Below are positions 9,085 to 19,059 of a stretch of DNA of 64,000 nt, piece by piece. A program made the translations under genes and the position numbers. This stretch comes from an uncultured Alphaproteobacteria bacterium (GTDB lineage Bacteria > Pseudomonadota > Alphaproteobacteria > Micavibrionales > CSBR16-224). Each line of letters begins with the position of its first letter. Position 1 is the stretch's first letter. The stretch spans positions 716,121-780,120 of the forward strand of contig CATLPD010000001.1 in assembly GCA_950054485.1 (NCBI GenBank), read 5' to 3'. The notes under the pieces were generated by a model that did no database searches, had not been told where the DNA came from, and was given only the letters and a program-made list of their open reading frames with translations.

Positions 9085-11031
9085 TCAGGCAACCAGCTTT
9101 CTGTTGCTGTCAACCAGTGCGTCAACAACGCTGGGGTCTGCCAAAGTCGATGTATCGCCCAATTGATCGGCTTCACCTGCTGCGATTTTACGCAGGATAC
9201 GGCGCATGATTTTGCCCGAACGGGTCTTTGGCAAATCATTCGCCCATTGGATCACATCGGGTTTCGCAATCGGCCCAATCACGTCACGAACGTGATCCAC
9301 CAGTTGCTTTTGTAATTCTGCATTTGGCGTTTCGCCTGCATTCAATAGCACATAGGCATAAATACCTTGTCCCTTAATATCATGCGGATATCCGACAACG
9401 GCGCTTTCTGCGACTTTGGGGTGGGCGTTCAGCGCCTCCTCGATCTCGGCGGTTCCGAAACGGTGGCCTGATACATTAATGACATCGTCAACGCGGCCGG
9501 TGATGCGGTAATCCCCATCCGCATCACGGCGCGCTCCATCACCGGTAAAATACTTACCGGGGAATGTCGAGAAATAGGTTTGAACAAAACGGTCATGATC
9601 TTTATAGACGCTGCGCATCTGACCGGGCCAGCTATCAAGGATAACCAGATTGCCTTCGGCCTTGGTATCAGAGATGATTTCACCATCATTATCGACCAAT
9701 GCGGGCTGAATACCGAAAAACGGCTGTGTGGCCAGACCGGGTTTTAAATTCGAAACGCCGGGCAGGGGGGTGATCATGATGCCGCCCGTTTCGGTTTGCC
9801 ACCATGTATCAACAATCGGGCAGCGGCCCGCACCGACGATATCGTGATACCACAGCCATGCCTCGTCATTAATCGGCTCGCCGACTGTACCCAGAATACG
9901 CAAAGACGATCGATCGGTCTTGGTTACAAATTCATTGCCTTTTGATAACAGGGCGCGGATCGCTGTCGGGGCGGTATAGAAAATATTGACCTGATGTTTG
10001 TCAACGACCTGCCAGAAACGCGACATATCGGGATAGCTTGGCACGCCTTCGAAAATAATCGATGTAGCGCCATTGGCCAGCGGGCCGTATACGACATAGC
10101 TGTGGCCTGTGATCCAGCCGACATCGGCCGTACACCAATAAACATCACCATTGTGGTAATCGAACACATATTCGTGCGTCATGCTGGCGTAAACCAGATA
10201 GCCGCCTGTTGTATGCAAAACGCCCTTGGGTTTGCCTGTTGAACCTGACGTGTAAAGAATAAACAGCGGATCTTCCGCATTCATTGGCTCGGGCGCGCAA
10301 TCTGTTGATTGAGCATCGCACAATTCATGATACCAGACATCGTGCTCCTGCCAACTTACGTGACCACCCGTGCGTTTTAAGACAATAACTGTATGAACAT
10401 CTGGACAGTCTTCCAATGCTTTATCAACATTTGCCTTTAGCGGAATGGTCTTACCACCGCGCACGCCTTCGTCAGCTGTGATAATCACATCGGATTCACA
10501 ATCAAGAATGCGGTCTTTTAAACTGGTCGGTGAAAACCCACCAAAAACGACAGAATGGATGGCGCCGATGCGCGCACAGGCCAGCATGGCATAGGCAGCT
10601 TCAGGTACCATCGGCATATAAATTGTTACACGATCCCCTTTTTTAACGCCGCGCGCCTTCAGGCCGTTGGCAAACTGGCAGACTTTGTCTTTCAGTTCGG
10701 CATATGTGACATTGTATGTATCTTCCGGATCATCGCCTTCGAAAATAAAGGCGGTTTGATTGGCGCGTTCCGGCAAATGGCGGTCGATACAATTTGCGGA
10801 TACGTTCAAAACGCCATCGTAATACCAGCGGATGCGGGCGTTATCGGCATAATCGACATCTTTAACCTGCGTATAGGGTTTGATCCATTCAAGGCGCTGT
10901 CCATGTTCACGCCAGAATTCTTCGTTACTGGCGACAGAGTGCTCGTACATGCGCTCATATAGGGCGGAATCAAGTTTTGCTGTCTTTGCGATGTGGGCTT
11001 TGACCGGAAAAATCTTGTTTGACTCACTCAT
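9085..11031 (-). CDS. acs: Acetyl-CoA synthetase
   Basis: [32 protein letters not shown]. Confidence 0.97.
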   Translation of the reverse strand: MSESNKIFPVKAHIAKTAKLDSALYERMYEHSVASNEEFWREHGQRLEWIKPYTQVKDVDYADNARIRWYYDGVLNVSANCIDRHLPERANQTAFIFEGDDPEDTYNVTYAELKDKVCQFANGLKARGVKKGDRVTIYMPMVPEAAYAMLACARIGAIHSVVFGGFSPTSLKDRILDCESDVIITADEGVRGGKTIPLKANVDKALEDCPDVHTVIVLKRTGGHVSWQEHDVWYHELCDAQSTDCAPEPMNAEDPLFILYTSGSTGKPKGVLHTTGGYLVYASMTHEYVFDYHNGDVYWCTADVGWITGHSYVVYGPLANGATSIIFEGVPSYPDMSRFWQVVDKHQVNIFYTAPTAIRALLSKGNEFVTKTDRSSLRILGTVGEPINDEAWLWYHDIVGAGRCPIVDTWWQTETGGIMITPLPGVSNLKPGLATQPFFGIQPALVDNDGEIISDTKAEGNLVILDSWPGQMRSVYKDHDRFVQTYFSTFPGKYFTGDGARRDADGDYRITGRVDDVINVSGHRFGTAEIEEALNAHPKVAESAVVGYPHDIKGQGIYAYVLLNAGETPNAELQKQLVDHVRDVIGPIAKPDVIQWANDLPKTRSGKIMRRILRKIAAGEADQLGDTSTLADPSVVDALVDSNRKLVA

Positions 11032-11171
11032 TATAAGAACTCCAGAAATTATGTATGAAAATTACCGTCATGCTATCTTATTTAATGTAAAATTACAAGC
11101 TTATATCTTGACAAGCGAATGGTTTATGTTTAAATATTTCGTTAAATAAAAATATAACGAGGTTTAAGCTA

Positions 11172-11675
11172 ATGAAACAAACGCTACGTCAAAAGTTCAA
11201 CTTTTATAAAGCCAACAATACAGCCGGCATCGGTGAAACGATGTTGATCAATACAATGATTGGTGTTGCTATCTTGGTTTTTCCGCGCATTGTCACCATT
11301 CCTTTGCTTGCGGCCAGCCTCAGCAAATATGTAACAAAGTCAAAGATGTCAAAGCCATGCTGGAGCGATAGCTATATCTATACCAATGGCCAGGATTTTA
11401 TCTATGATTACGATTCTTTGAAGCGTTTGAACCGTGTTGACCTCAGTAAACAGACACACAAGGCCTCTATGGAATATTCAAAAGCAGGCCAATATCCTGA
11501 AACTTTCGAGAAAAAACGCCTTTCACAGAAGTTTGTCAGCGCACTGACCAAAAGCACGAACCTGACCAAAAAGCTGGAGCGCGAGATGAAAACGGCGACA
11601 GAGAAGCGTCAGGCGAAAATCGAAAAGCAGCTGGCAAAACAGCAGCAATTCCGCGCGGACCTGTTAAGCGTTTAA
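11172..11675 (+). CDS. Hypothetical basic protein with one hydrophobic segment
   Basis: 167-aa ORF, SD GAGG, upstream TTGACA. Confidence 0.7.
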   Translation: MKQTLRQKFNFYKANNTAGIGETMLINTMIGVAILVFPRIVTIPLLAASLSKYVTKSKMSKPCWSDSYIYTNGQDFIYDYDSLKRLNRVDLSKQTHKASMEYSKAGQYPETFEKKRLSQKFVSALTKSTNLTKKLEREMKTATEKRQAKIEKQLAKQQQFRADLLSV

Positions 11676-11697
11676 TCTGAATTTCTGAAATTGAATA

Positions 11698-12717
11698 TCA
11701 GCTTTCCTGCGTCAAGGGGCGGGAAAGCAGGGCATCGATTGTGTCTTTGACACTGACGCCGTTATGCAGCGTTTCATTAACCGCAGCGCAAATCGGCATA
11801 TCAATCGCATGTTTCTTTGCAAAATCAAGAACGGCCGCCGCCGTTGCAACCCCTTCGGTCACATTATGGCGTTTGGCCAGAATTTCATTTAACGTTTCCC
11901 CGCGCCCGCGCGCAACGCCCAGCGAGAAATTACGCGACTGCACGGAATTGCAGGTTAGGGTCAGGTCGCCAAGGCCTGATAGCCCCAAAAATGTTTCGGG
12001 GCGTGCACCCAGAACCTTACCCATACGTTTGATTTCAGCCATGCCGCGCGTCATGATGGCCGCACGTGCATTTTCACCAAGTTCATACCCATAGACAATA
12101 CCGCAGGCAATGGCGATGACATTTTTAATCGCGCCGCCGATTTCGGCGCCAACAGGGTCACTGGTCACATAGGGGCGGAATGTTTTTGAAAAAATGGCCT
12201 GTGCAACATGTCGCCCGACTTTTGTATTACTGCAGGCAAGGGTGGCGGCAGCTGGCAGCCCGCGGGCAATTTCATGGGCGAAATTCGGACCGGATAAAAT
12301 CAAATAGGGATTATCGGGCGTAACTTCTTTGACGATGTCCGACATCAAAAGACCTGTCGACATTTCAATCCCTTTACAGCAGATGACCAAAGGCACATCT
12401 TTTTCAAGATGCGGTTTTGCCGATTCCAGCGCTGCACGAAGATGTTGTGCCGGCGGGACCATAAAAAGGACATCGCTGTTTGTCACGAGGGTTTTAAGAT
12501 CTTGTGAGGCTTTGATCTTTTCGCTCAGTTCGATATCACCTAAATAGCGTGAATTGGTGTGCTTGGTGTTGATTTCATCTGTCAGATCAGCATTGCGGGT
12601 TAAAAGCGTGACATCCGGCGTTGTCTGGCAGATCATTTGCGCCAGCGCTGTCCCCCAACTGCCCGCACCAATTATGCCGATTTTTTCGATTGGTTTTTTT
12701 TGCTCGTTTTCCGTCAT
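11698..12717 (-). CDS. gpsA: NAD(P)H-dependent glycerol-3-phosphate dehydrogenase
   Basis: GAGSWGTALA, KGIE, SGPNFA, GAIKNVIAIA, GDLTLTC..SRN. Confidence 0.96.
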   Translation of the reverse strand: MTENEQKKPIEKIGIIGAGSWGTALAQMICQTTPDVTLLTRNADLTDEINTKHTNSRYLGDIELSEKIKASQDLKTLVTNSDVLFMVPPAQHLRAALESAKPHLEKDVPLVICCKGIEMSTGLLMSDIVKEVTPDNPYLILSGPNFAHEIARGLPAAATLACSNTKVGRHVAQAIFSKTFRPYVTSDPVGAEIGGAIKNVIAIACGIVYGYELGENARAAIMTRGMAEIKRMGKVLGARPETFLGLSGLGDLTLTCNSVQSRNFSLGVARGRGETLNEILAKRHNVTEGVATAAAVLDFAKKHAIDMPICAAVNETLHNGVSVKDTIDALLSRPLTQES

Positions 12718-13778
12718 CCGGCACTATCTTTTAATTCGGTTAAAGGCCATCGCGGCCTTGGTAGAGTCTTTATATCGTCTGTCAGGTTCAGGCGCAAGCG
12801 TTCGATTCCGGCCCATGCGATCATGACAGCGTTATCCGAGCATAATTTCAGCGGCGGCGCGGCAAAATGCAGGCCGTTTTTATTGCAAATTTCCTGAAGA
12901 ATATCGCGCAGATGCATATTGGCGGCAACACCGCCGGAAACGACAAGTGTCGGTATGATATCTTTTGGGCAGGCCTTTAAATAGGCCTTGATTGCATTTT
13001 TAAGGCGGCTTTTCACAATCAGACCGCAGGTTTGCTGAAAGGCGCAGCACAAACCGGCGATGGTCGCATCATTCAGATTGTCAGCCTCTTTTAGTTTTTC
13101 AGCCTGCCTGCGGACGGCTGTCTTTAAACCTGAAAAAGACATATCGCATCCCGAGCGTCCCTTCATAGAGACAGGAAGGTCATAGGTTTTCAGCGCTTTT
13201 TCCGGATCATTGCATTCTGCCGCTTTCTTTTCGACAGCAGGCCCACCCGGGTAGCCAAGGCCCAGTAGTTTGGCGGTTTTATCAAAGGCCTCCCCAAGTG
13301 CATCATCAATTGTTGTACCCAATAGATCATAATCGCCGACACCATTTACAATCAATATCTGTGTATGGCCACCAGAAACGAGTAATAACAGATAGGGGAA
13401 TTGTAAGTTGTCTTCTGTCAGGCGCGGTGTCAGTGCGTGCCCTTCCAAATGGTTGACAGCGATATATTGGCGGTTTGACGACAGGGCAAGGCCCTTGGCC
13501 ATCATAACGCCGACCAGAACACCGCCGATCAACCCTGGCCCTGATGTGACGGCAACGGCGTCCATGTTCTTTATCGTTAAACCCGTATCTGCCAGTGATT
13601 TTTTAACAAGGCTATCAATATGATCCATATGGCCACGCGCTGCGATTTCCGGCACGACCCCGCCGAAAATTTCATGTTCGGATTGGCTGAGCACATAAGA
13701 AGAAAGAATGTTTTTCTGATCGTCAACAATGGCAACGGCTGTTTCGTCACAGCTGGTTTCAATACCGATAACTTTCAT
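12714..13778 (-). CDS. tsaD: tRNA N6-adenosine threonylcarbamoyltransferase
   Basis: GIETSCDET, GGVVPEIAAR, HLEGH, VSGGHT, DDALGEAFDK, DNAVMIA. Confidence 0.97.
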   Translation of the reverse strand: MKVIGIETSCDETAVAIVDDQKNILSSYVLSQSEHEIFGGVVPEIAARGHMDHIDSLVKKSLADTGLTIKNMDAVAVTSGPGLIGGVLVGVMMAKGLALSSNRQYIAVNHLEGHALTPRLTEDNLQFPYLLLLVSGGHTQILIVNGVGDYDLLGTTIDDALGEAFDKTAKLLGLGYPGGPAVEKKAAECNDPEKALKTYDLPVSMKGRSGCDMSFSGLKTAVRRQAEKLKEADNLNDATIAGLCCAFQQTCGLIVKSRLKNAIKAYLKACPKDIIPTLVVSGGVAANMHLRDILQEICNKNGLHFAAPPLKLCSDNAVMIAWAGIERLRLNLTDDIKTLPRPRWPLTELKDSAG

Positions 13779-16435
13779 TATTGGTCCTTGTTATCGTCAC
13801 TGCCGCCAATAACATCACCCCAAGTCAGCTGACTTTTTTCTGCGGGCTTCTCGACAGGTGCAGGTTCAACAGGTTTTTCTTCTGTCGGCGATGTAAATAG
13901 GTCCGCAGATGTCATGGGGGCGTCGTTATTATCTTTTTTATCATCTTCAACAGGCGGTGCGGCGGGGGCAGCAGGCGCTTCAGGTTGCTGCGGTTTTTCT
14001 GCTGCTGCTGGTTGGCCGGGCATTCCCATTAGCGAGGCCCAGCTCATCGGTTGTAATTCGTCACTTCCGGCAGGAACGGCTGTTTTTGCATCATCTGTCG
14101 GAATAGGCGGCTGACCGTCGCCGGATCCGAAAATCTGATCAAAGAAAGCATCATCGTCATCTGTGTCGGCAGATGTCTCAGGTGTCGATGCGGCTGTTGG
14201 CCCCCCTGACATATCAGCCATTAAATCATCCCATCCCCCATCGCTTGATGTGCTGTCAGCCGAAGGGCTGGATTGGCTTGTGCTAGGCGCTGCGGTTTTG
14301 CCATCACTTTCGCCGCCGATAACATCCATCCATGATAACGGGCCGTCACCTGTTGGTAGCGGTGCAACAGGATCTGCGTTTGCAGCGGGAGCATCCTGTC
14401 CTGACATATTCGCATCCTGGGCTTGATCGCCCTCATCGGCTTCTTCCATATCCGTAATGCTGATATAGCCGTTTTGTTCACCCAGATTGGCAATCGCCAT
14501 CGCACTTTGTGATGTCGGGTTGGCGTTTTCATCATCCACCATACGGAAACCGTCAACAAGGGCTGCGATATCCGCGCTGTCATCTTTCAAGGCCGGAATT
14601 TCCTGTGGCTTCCATTCTTTACTACGCAAGCGATCCAGAACGGATTTCACATCCTGCAGGCTTCTGAGCACATCTTCAGATGGCGGAGGCACAGGTAAAA
14701 AGCGCTGGACGCGCATGGCCTTGGCAAAGCCGGGGTTTGAATAATAAACCTGAATTTCGGTGACATTCGGACCAAAGGCACAGACGGCGCGCCCCTCGGT
14801 AAAGCTGCGAAGTTCATCGTAATCCGCACGTGCGCGCAACTGGATGCTGGCATTACCACCATCCATATAGTTTGTGGCAGATGATCCGCGGGAATAGCCC
14901 GATACTTCGGTCACATAGGCCTGACCAACTGTCTTTTCAAAGAATTCTTTGGTTTGGGTCGGGTCTTCCAGCTTGCCGAATAATTTAATGTTACAGTTCG
15001 CAGTAATTGAACGTGCTTCTTCCTTAACGCGTTTTTCCATCGCGGGTAAATCCTGCGCGGCATAGACAAGGCAGAAACCCAGCGAGCGGGCCTGCGCGGC
15101 CATAACGGCCATACCTTGGGCGGCATAATAACCGACCTCGTCAAAGATCGCGATAAACGGTGTTTCCGAACGCGCGGGTTTATTTTCAATGGCGGTTTCC
15201 GATGATCCCTCGACCGTTGACCCAAGTGTAGCACCCATCATCCCCTTAAGAGTCGAGGCAATAATCTTACCAAGGTTCGCCGTTTCATCGGATGATTTTT
15301 CCAGCGCCGGGATCAGGGTAATCATGATGCGCCGTTGCAAAACAACATCCATCATGTCGATATCTGCTGCCTGTGTATCAAAAATAAAGCCGTAATCATC
15401 CCCTAATGATTGTAGGGAACGGGTGAACTGCATTGACAGATATCCGTGCTGTTGGCGTGGGACGGATGAATCAAACGGCGGGGCATCCGGCGGCAATGAC
15501 TTTTCCTGGCCCTCGTCGTCAAAGGCCTCGTCGACGTAACCCGGCAGTTCATTCAAATATCCGACAACACCTGCGCGCAGGGTTTCAGGTACGGCCTTGT
15601 CACGTGATAATTTAATAATATCACCAAGCCCCATATATTTACGGATAACACCAACCGAAATCGGCAGGTTCTGGTTATCGCGTTTCCAGACCAGACAGGG
15701 CATCAAGGATGAAACCAGCGCAACCGCACGTTCTTTCCACATAGCGTTATCGCCTTCAGCATCGGGCATCAGGCTGACCAACATATTCACAAGATATCCG
15801 GCTGAACCGCTTGAGAACGGGTTCATCGTATTTGATGGAACGCGACCACCGACGTTACCTGTCATATAGTTCATGATCAAAAGGTCATCATCACGGCCAA
15901 AACGGCGCGCCATTGCGGATATCGTACTCCATAAATCAGTATCAGCCTTACCATCGATGTATAGAAAACCGGATGCCCAGCATAGCGCGTTTGCGGAAAT
16001 GGACTTCAGGCCTTCGGTTTTACCCGAACCTGTTGTTCCGAGATATAAGATGTGTGTACGCGCGTCGTTATTGGTAAACCAGATTTCTTCGCCGCTTTCT
16101 TTATCATTTCCGAAATATAAAATGCCTTCGGCTTGTGCGGTCCCGCCACCGGGTTTAACGTTATTCGGATCCTTGATGCCTGCTGTGCGGGGCAGTTTAA
16201 ACGGCAGCCTGATCGGGGTTGATTTCAGCCACCAAAAATAAAGTGCAAGAATAAAGAATATCAGATCGGCAAACAGTCCGATTAACGGGTCAACGGCAAT
16301 ACCAATGGCAGCGCCGCCGAAAATCATTGCCGACATACTGGGCTGTCGCAAAGCCTCGGCAATGCGTTGGCCTAGCGGGCGGACATCCCGCATCACCAAA
16401 TCACGTGATGACTGATATTTCTTTTTTAAAGCCAT
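13778..16435 (-). CDS. icmO: Type IVB secretion coupling ATPase IcmO/DotL-like, with long acidic C-terminal tail
   Basis: RDVRP N-terminus, TM pair, GTTGSGKTE Walker A, DGKAD, DEVGYY Walker B, AQARSLGF..AAQD, KLEDP; near dotM. Confidence 0.88.
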   Translation of the reverse strand: MALKKKYQSSRDLVMRDVRPLGQRIAEALRQPSMSAMIFGGAAIGIAVDPLIGLFADLIFFILALYFWWLKSTPIRLPFKLPRTAGIKDPNNVKPGGGTAQAEGILYFGNDKESGEEIWFTNNDARTHILYLGTTGSGKTEGLKSISANALCWASGFLYIDGKADTDLWSTISAMARRFGRDDDLLIMNYMTGNVGGRVPSNTMNPFSSGSAGYLVNMLVSLMPDAEGDNAMWKERAVALVSSLMPCLVWKRDNQNLPISVGVIRKYMGLGDIIKLSRDKAVPETLRAGVVGYLNELPGYVDEAFDDEGQEKSLPPDAPPFDSSVPRQQHGYLSMQFTRSLQSLGDDYGFIFDTQAADIDMMDVVLQRRIMITLIPALEKSSDETANLGKIIASTLKGMMGATLGSTVEGSSETAIENKPARSETPFIAIFDEVGYYAAQGMAVMAAQARSLGFCLVYAAQDLPAMEKRVKEEARSITANCNIKLFGKLEDPTQTKEFFEKTVGQAYVTEVSGYSRGSSATNYMDGGNASIQLRARADYDELRSFTEGRAVCAFGPNVTEIQVYYSNPGFAKAMRVQRFLPVPPPSEDVLRSLQDVKSVLDRLRSKEWKPQEIPALKDDSADIAALVDGFRMVDDENANPTSQSAMAIANLGEQNGYISITDMEEADEGDQAQDANMSGQDAPAANADPVAPLPTGDGPLSWMDVIGGESDGKTAAPSTSQSSPSADSTSSDGGWDDLMADMSGGPTAASTPETSADTDDDDAFFDQIFGSGDGQPPIPTDDAKTAVPAGSDELQPMSWASLMGMPGQPAAAEKPQQPEAPAAPAAPPVEDDKKDNNDAPMTSADLFTSPTEEKPVEPAPVEKPAEKSQLTWGDVIGGSDDNKDQ

Positions 16436-16458
16436 TTAGTTTTTATCTTTACTATGTC

Positions 16459-17031
16459 CTATTCACCAAAAAATTCGTCGGCCGGTACGGGGCGCCCCTG
16501 TTGAATGTCAGGCAGATCTTCCAGATCGCCCCCCATTGTCTGACTGTTCGGGCGATCAGGCAGATAGGGGCTGGTCTGCAATTCTTCAGGCGTCATATCC
16601 TGCGGCGGGGTCATGCTGCCGGAAAGGATGAAAAGCGTAAAGCCGACAAATAAAACTGCAAAGGCAACCCAGTATACACGGCGCCAAAAGGTCATCGGGT
16701 GCGATGATGTATCTGCAATGGCATCGTCATTTTCAATGGCTTTCGGGCTATGGGTTGTGACCACGGCAACAGGTTCGGCCTCCAGATCGAACATCACCTT
16801 TGAGATTTCGTTCAATGCATCGGTTGCTGCTGATTTTGTTGTGTATTCGGCCAAAACATCGGACGTGCCATTTTTGTCGAACAGCAGTACGTATTTGCTT
16901 TTTCCGCCATCAACCTTAAAGCTGGCACCATCCAGCTGTGACAGTTTAACGCGCCAAACCGATGGCGATTTTGCGGATTGAAAGGATACAACCATAGTAT
17001 CGCCGGATGTTTTTACAAGTGTGTCGGTCAT
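16459..17031 (-). CDS. Hypothetical single-pass membrane protein between dotM and dotL
   Basis: 190-aa ORF with SD AAAGGA, one TM and C-terminal GRPVPADEFF. Confidence 0.75.
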   Translation of the reverse strand: MTDTLVKTSGDTMVVSFQSAKSPSVWRVKLSQLDGASFKVDGGKSKYVLLFDKNGTSDVLAEYTTKSAATDALNEISKVMFDLEAEPVAVVTTHSPKAIENDDAIADTSSHPMTFWRRVYWVAFAVLFVGFTLFILSGSMTPPQDMTPEELQTSPYLPDRPNSQTMGGDLEDLPDIQQGRPVPADEFFGE

Positions 17032-17049
17032 CTTTTATCGTCCTTTTTC

Positions 17050-18210
17050 CTACTTGGTCCTTGGTGGTATTTTGCGTGCATCGGGGCCAGTCAGGGTTTT
17101 TTCAAAAACCTTGATCACATCTTCGAAGCGGGGTGATGGGATGCGTTGGCCTGCAATAAGTTCGTTTGTATAATGTGCCATTGCGCCCGCAGCCTCGGCA
17201 TGATATGACTTGCGGCCCAGATTATTTAATGGATACCACAATGTGCGGTCATATCCACGCAACCACACAAATGCAGCCGACGCCATAACGCCGCCTTCTT
17301 CGCGTGCGCGCTGCAAGGCTCTCAACATGGCTGTGGTCTGATAGGCATGTTTTTTCGTATCCTGATTTAAAGCGCGGCATATGGCAGGTGAACGGATTGT
17401 TTTATTGATCTTTGAACGCAGTGCTCCCGTCGGTTTGAAACCGCTTTTGGCGCTCCAGCATTTGGCCATTTCTTTTAAAATATCTTCGGATTCTTTACGT
17501 TTGCGAACCGATTTCAGGGCGCAGGCCGCATATATGCCGCGGGCGTGCATAGGCAGTTTTTGAGGGCCTTGCCAGCGCGGACCCAGTTGTTGGGCCAATG
17601 CGCGGTATGATGCGGCGTAATCAAGTTTGCCGCCCTCAAATTTGATGTTGTGATAGGCTACCCATTCTTCAGGGGCCAAGGCCTCGGCAAATAGCGGTAG
17701 TTTGGCGGGAACAGGGTCGCCCGGTGCGCGGCTGGGCGATTTATTCGGGTTAAAATCGATAAAGGGCACGATAAAGGGGAACATTTTTGCCTGTTCTCCC
17801 ATCAATGTATCCAAGGAGAATTTGCGTCTGAAATACGTGCCGGGCCCTTTGAATATCGACCATATCGACATGATGCCCAAAAGAACGACAAAAATATATT
17901 TTACCTGTGAGAGGGCCAGCTGGCTCATAACCTTGATATAATCAAGTGTGATGCTGTCAGGATCAGCATTGGGCAGCCATTCTTTCCATTTTCCAAGCAC
18001 TTGCGGCCCGGCCACTGGGTGTTCGATCGCATAGTCGTCGCCGACAATCCAGCTGGCGATGTGCAATTCGCCCACCCGAACCCAACGCAGCAGGCTCAGC
18101 AGTTCCGTTGAGAAAATAGACCAGATGACAAAACAGATTCCGCCTATGATAAAAATGACGAAACCCGTTAAGATAAATTCCTCATGCGGGCTTTTCTGCT
18201 GATTAGACAC
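17050..18210 (-). CDS. icmP: Type IVB secretion protein IcmP/DotM-like
   Basis: N-terminal TMs; ALAPEEW, QQLGPRW, H.Y..T....L..AR..GV.A.A.F.WL...DR.LWY.LN..GR...E.AG..AH DotM/TrbA motifs. Confidence 0.88.
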   Translation of the reverse strand: MSNQQKSPHEEFILTGFVIFIIGGICFVIWSIFSTELLSLLRWVRVGELHIASWIVGDDYAIEHPVAGPQVLGKWKEWLPNADPDSITLDYIKVMSQLALSQVKYIFVVLLGIMSIWSIFKGPGTYFRRKFSLDTLMGEQAKMFPFIVPFIDFNPNKSPSRAPGDPVPAKLPLFAEALAPEEWVAYHNIKFEGGKLDYAASYRALAQQLGPRWQGPQKLPMHARGIYAACALKSVRKRKESEDILKEMAKCWSAKSGFKPTGALRSKINKTIRSPAICRALNQDTKKHAYQTTAMLRALQRAREEGGVMASAAFVWLRGYDRTLWYPLNNLGRKSYHAEAAGAMAHYTNELIAGQRIPSPRFEDVIKVFEKTLTGPDARKIPPRTK

Positions 18211-18442
18211 AATTTGACCCTTGTCTTTTGTTTAATTGCCAACGCCGGATAAAAAATGATCGACTATGCAGTCGACATTCATAAAGATTAGCACTTCCCC
18301 CGACAGATTAAAACCGTCGTTTTTTCTATTTAGACTATAAAATATAGCATGATTTGCTAAAAAATGAATGAAGAGTGTAAAAAACGCATTTTTCGGTTGC
18401 AAAACACATGATGGTTTCCTATATTGCGACAGTTCCGATTAT

Positions 18443-18517
18443 GCCGGCATAGCACAGTGGTAGTGCAGCGGTTTTGTAAACCGAAGGTCGGGAGTTCGAA
18501 TCTCTCTGCCGGCACCA
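18443..18517 (+). tRNA. tRNA-Thr(TGT)
   Basis: Cloverleaf GCCGGCA...TGCCGGC-A-CCA, anticodon loop TTTGTAA, GTTCGAATC T-loop. Confidence 0.96.
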
Positions 18518-18665
18518 TTTCCCCTTCTTTTTCAACAAAATCAATATTCAGTCTTCCTATTATTTCCGGGGCTTTAATCAATGGTACTTGCCTTAACAAA
18601 AAGTTCTAAAAGGGTGGCTTTTCAATTTAATTTGACCAAAGAAATTCGCAAGCAGGAATTAAGGC

Positions 18666-18687
18666 ATTAAGTACTATAGTACTTAAT
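18666..18687. promoter_or_regulatory. Perfect 22-bp palindrome, probable operator
   Basis: ATTAAGTACTATAGTACTTAAT; near-copy AAGTACAATAGTACTA at 18821-18836. Confidence 0.55.
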
Positions 18688-18824
18688 TTTGTAATTTCTT
18701 ATAATCCGTACCTGCTTCCTTCATTTATTTTCATTGATCTGAAATATTGATTCTTAAAGATTTATTGGGTATATTGTCTCTTGTAAGGTGATTTTGACGC
18801 AAAGTTAATAAGGTACACAAAAGT

Positions 18825-18929
18825 ACAATAGTACTATAAATTTTATCTGCGGCCACTATGCCAAAAGCAAGATAAACTCTTAATCCTCGTCAAAGGATGC
18901 CCCCTTGGTTTTATCCAAGGGGGTTTTTT
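18825..18929 (+). ncRNA. Candidate three-hairpin small RNA
   Basis: Upstream TTGACGC..GGTACACA; hairpins 18842-18876 and 18883-18898; terminator GCCCCCTTGG-TTTTAT-CCAAGGGGGT-T(n); no plus-strand ORF. Confidence 0.55.
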
Positions 18930-19059
18930 ATTTTGAAGCCTCTGGTAATATAATTATAAAATCGACGGGTTTTTAGCAAGTTTTCTTGCTTTTGCATAAA
19001 GAATCGGTTATGATGTAAGTATATCAAATAATAAAAAGAACAAGAAAGGACCGGGGCGC

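Noticed and set aside
18357-18609. Small ORFs overlapping tRNA-Thr (and 35710-35931 over tRNA-Gly)
   Set aside because: Artefacts of tRNA sequence
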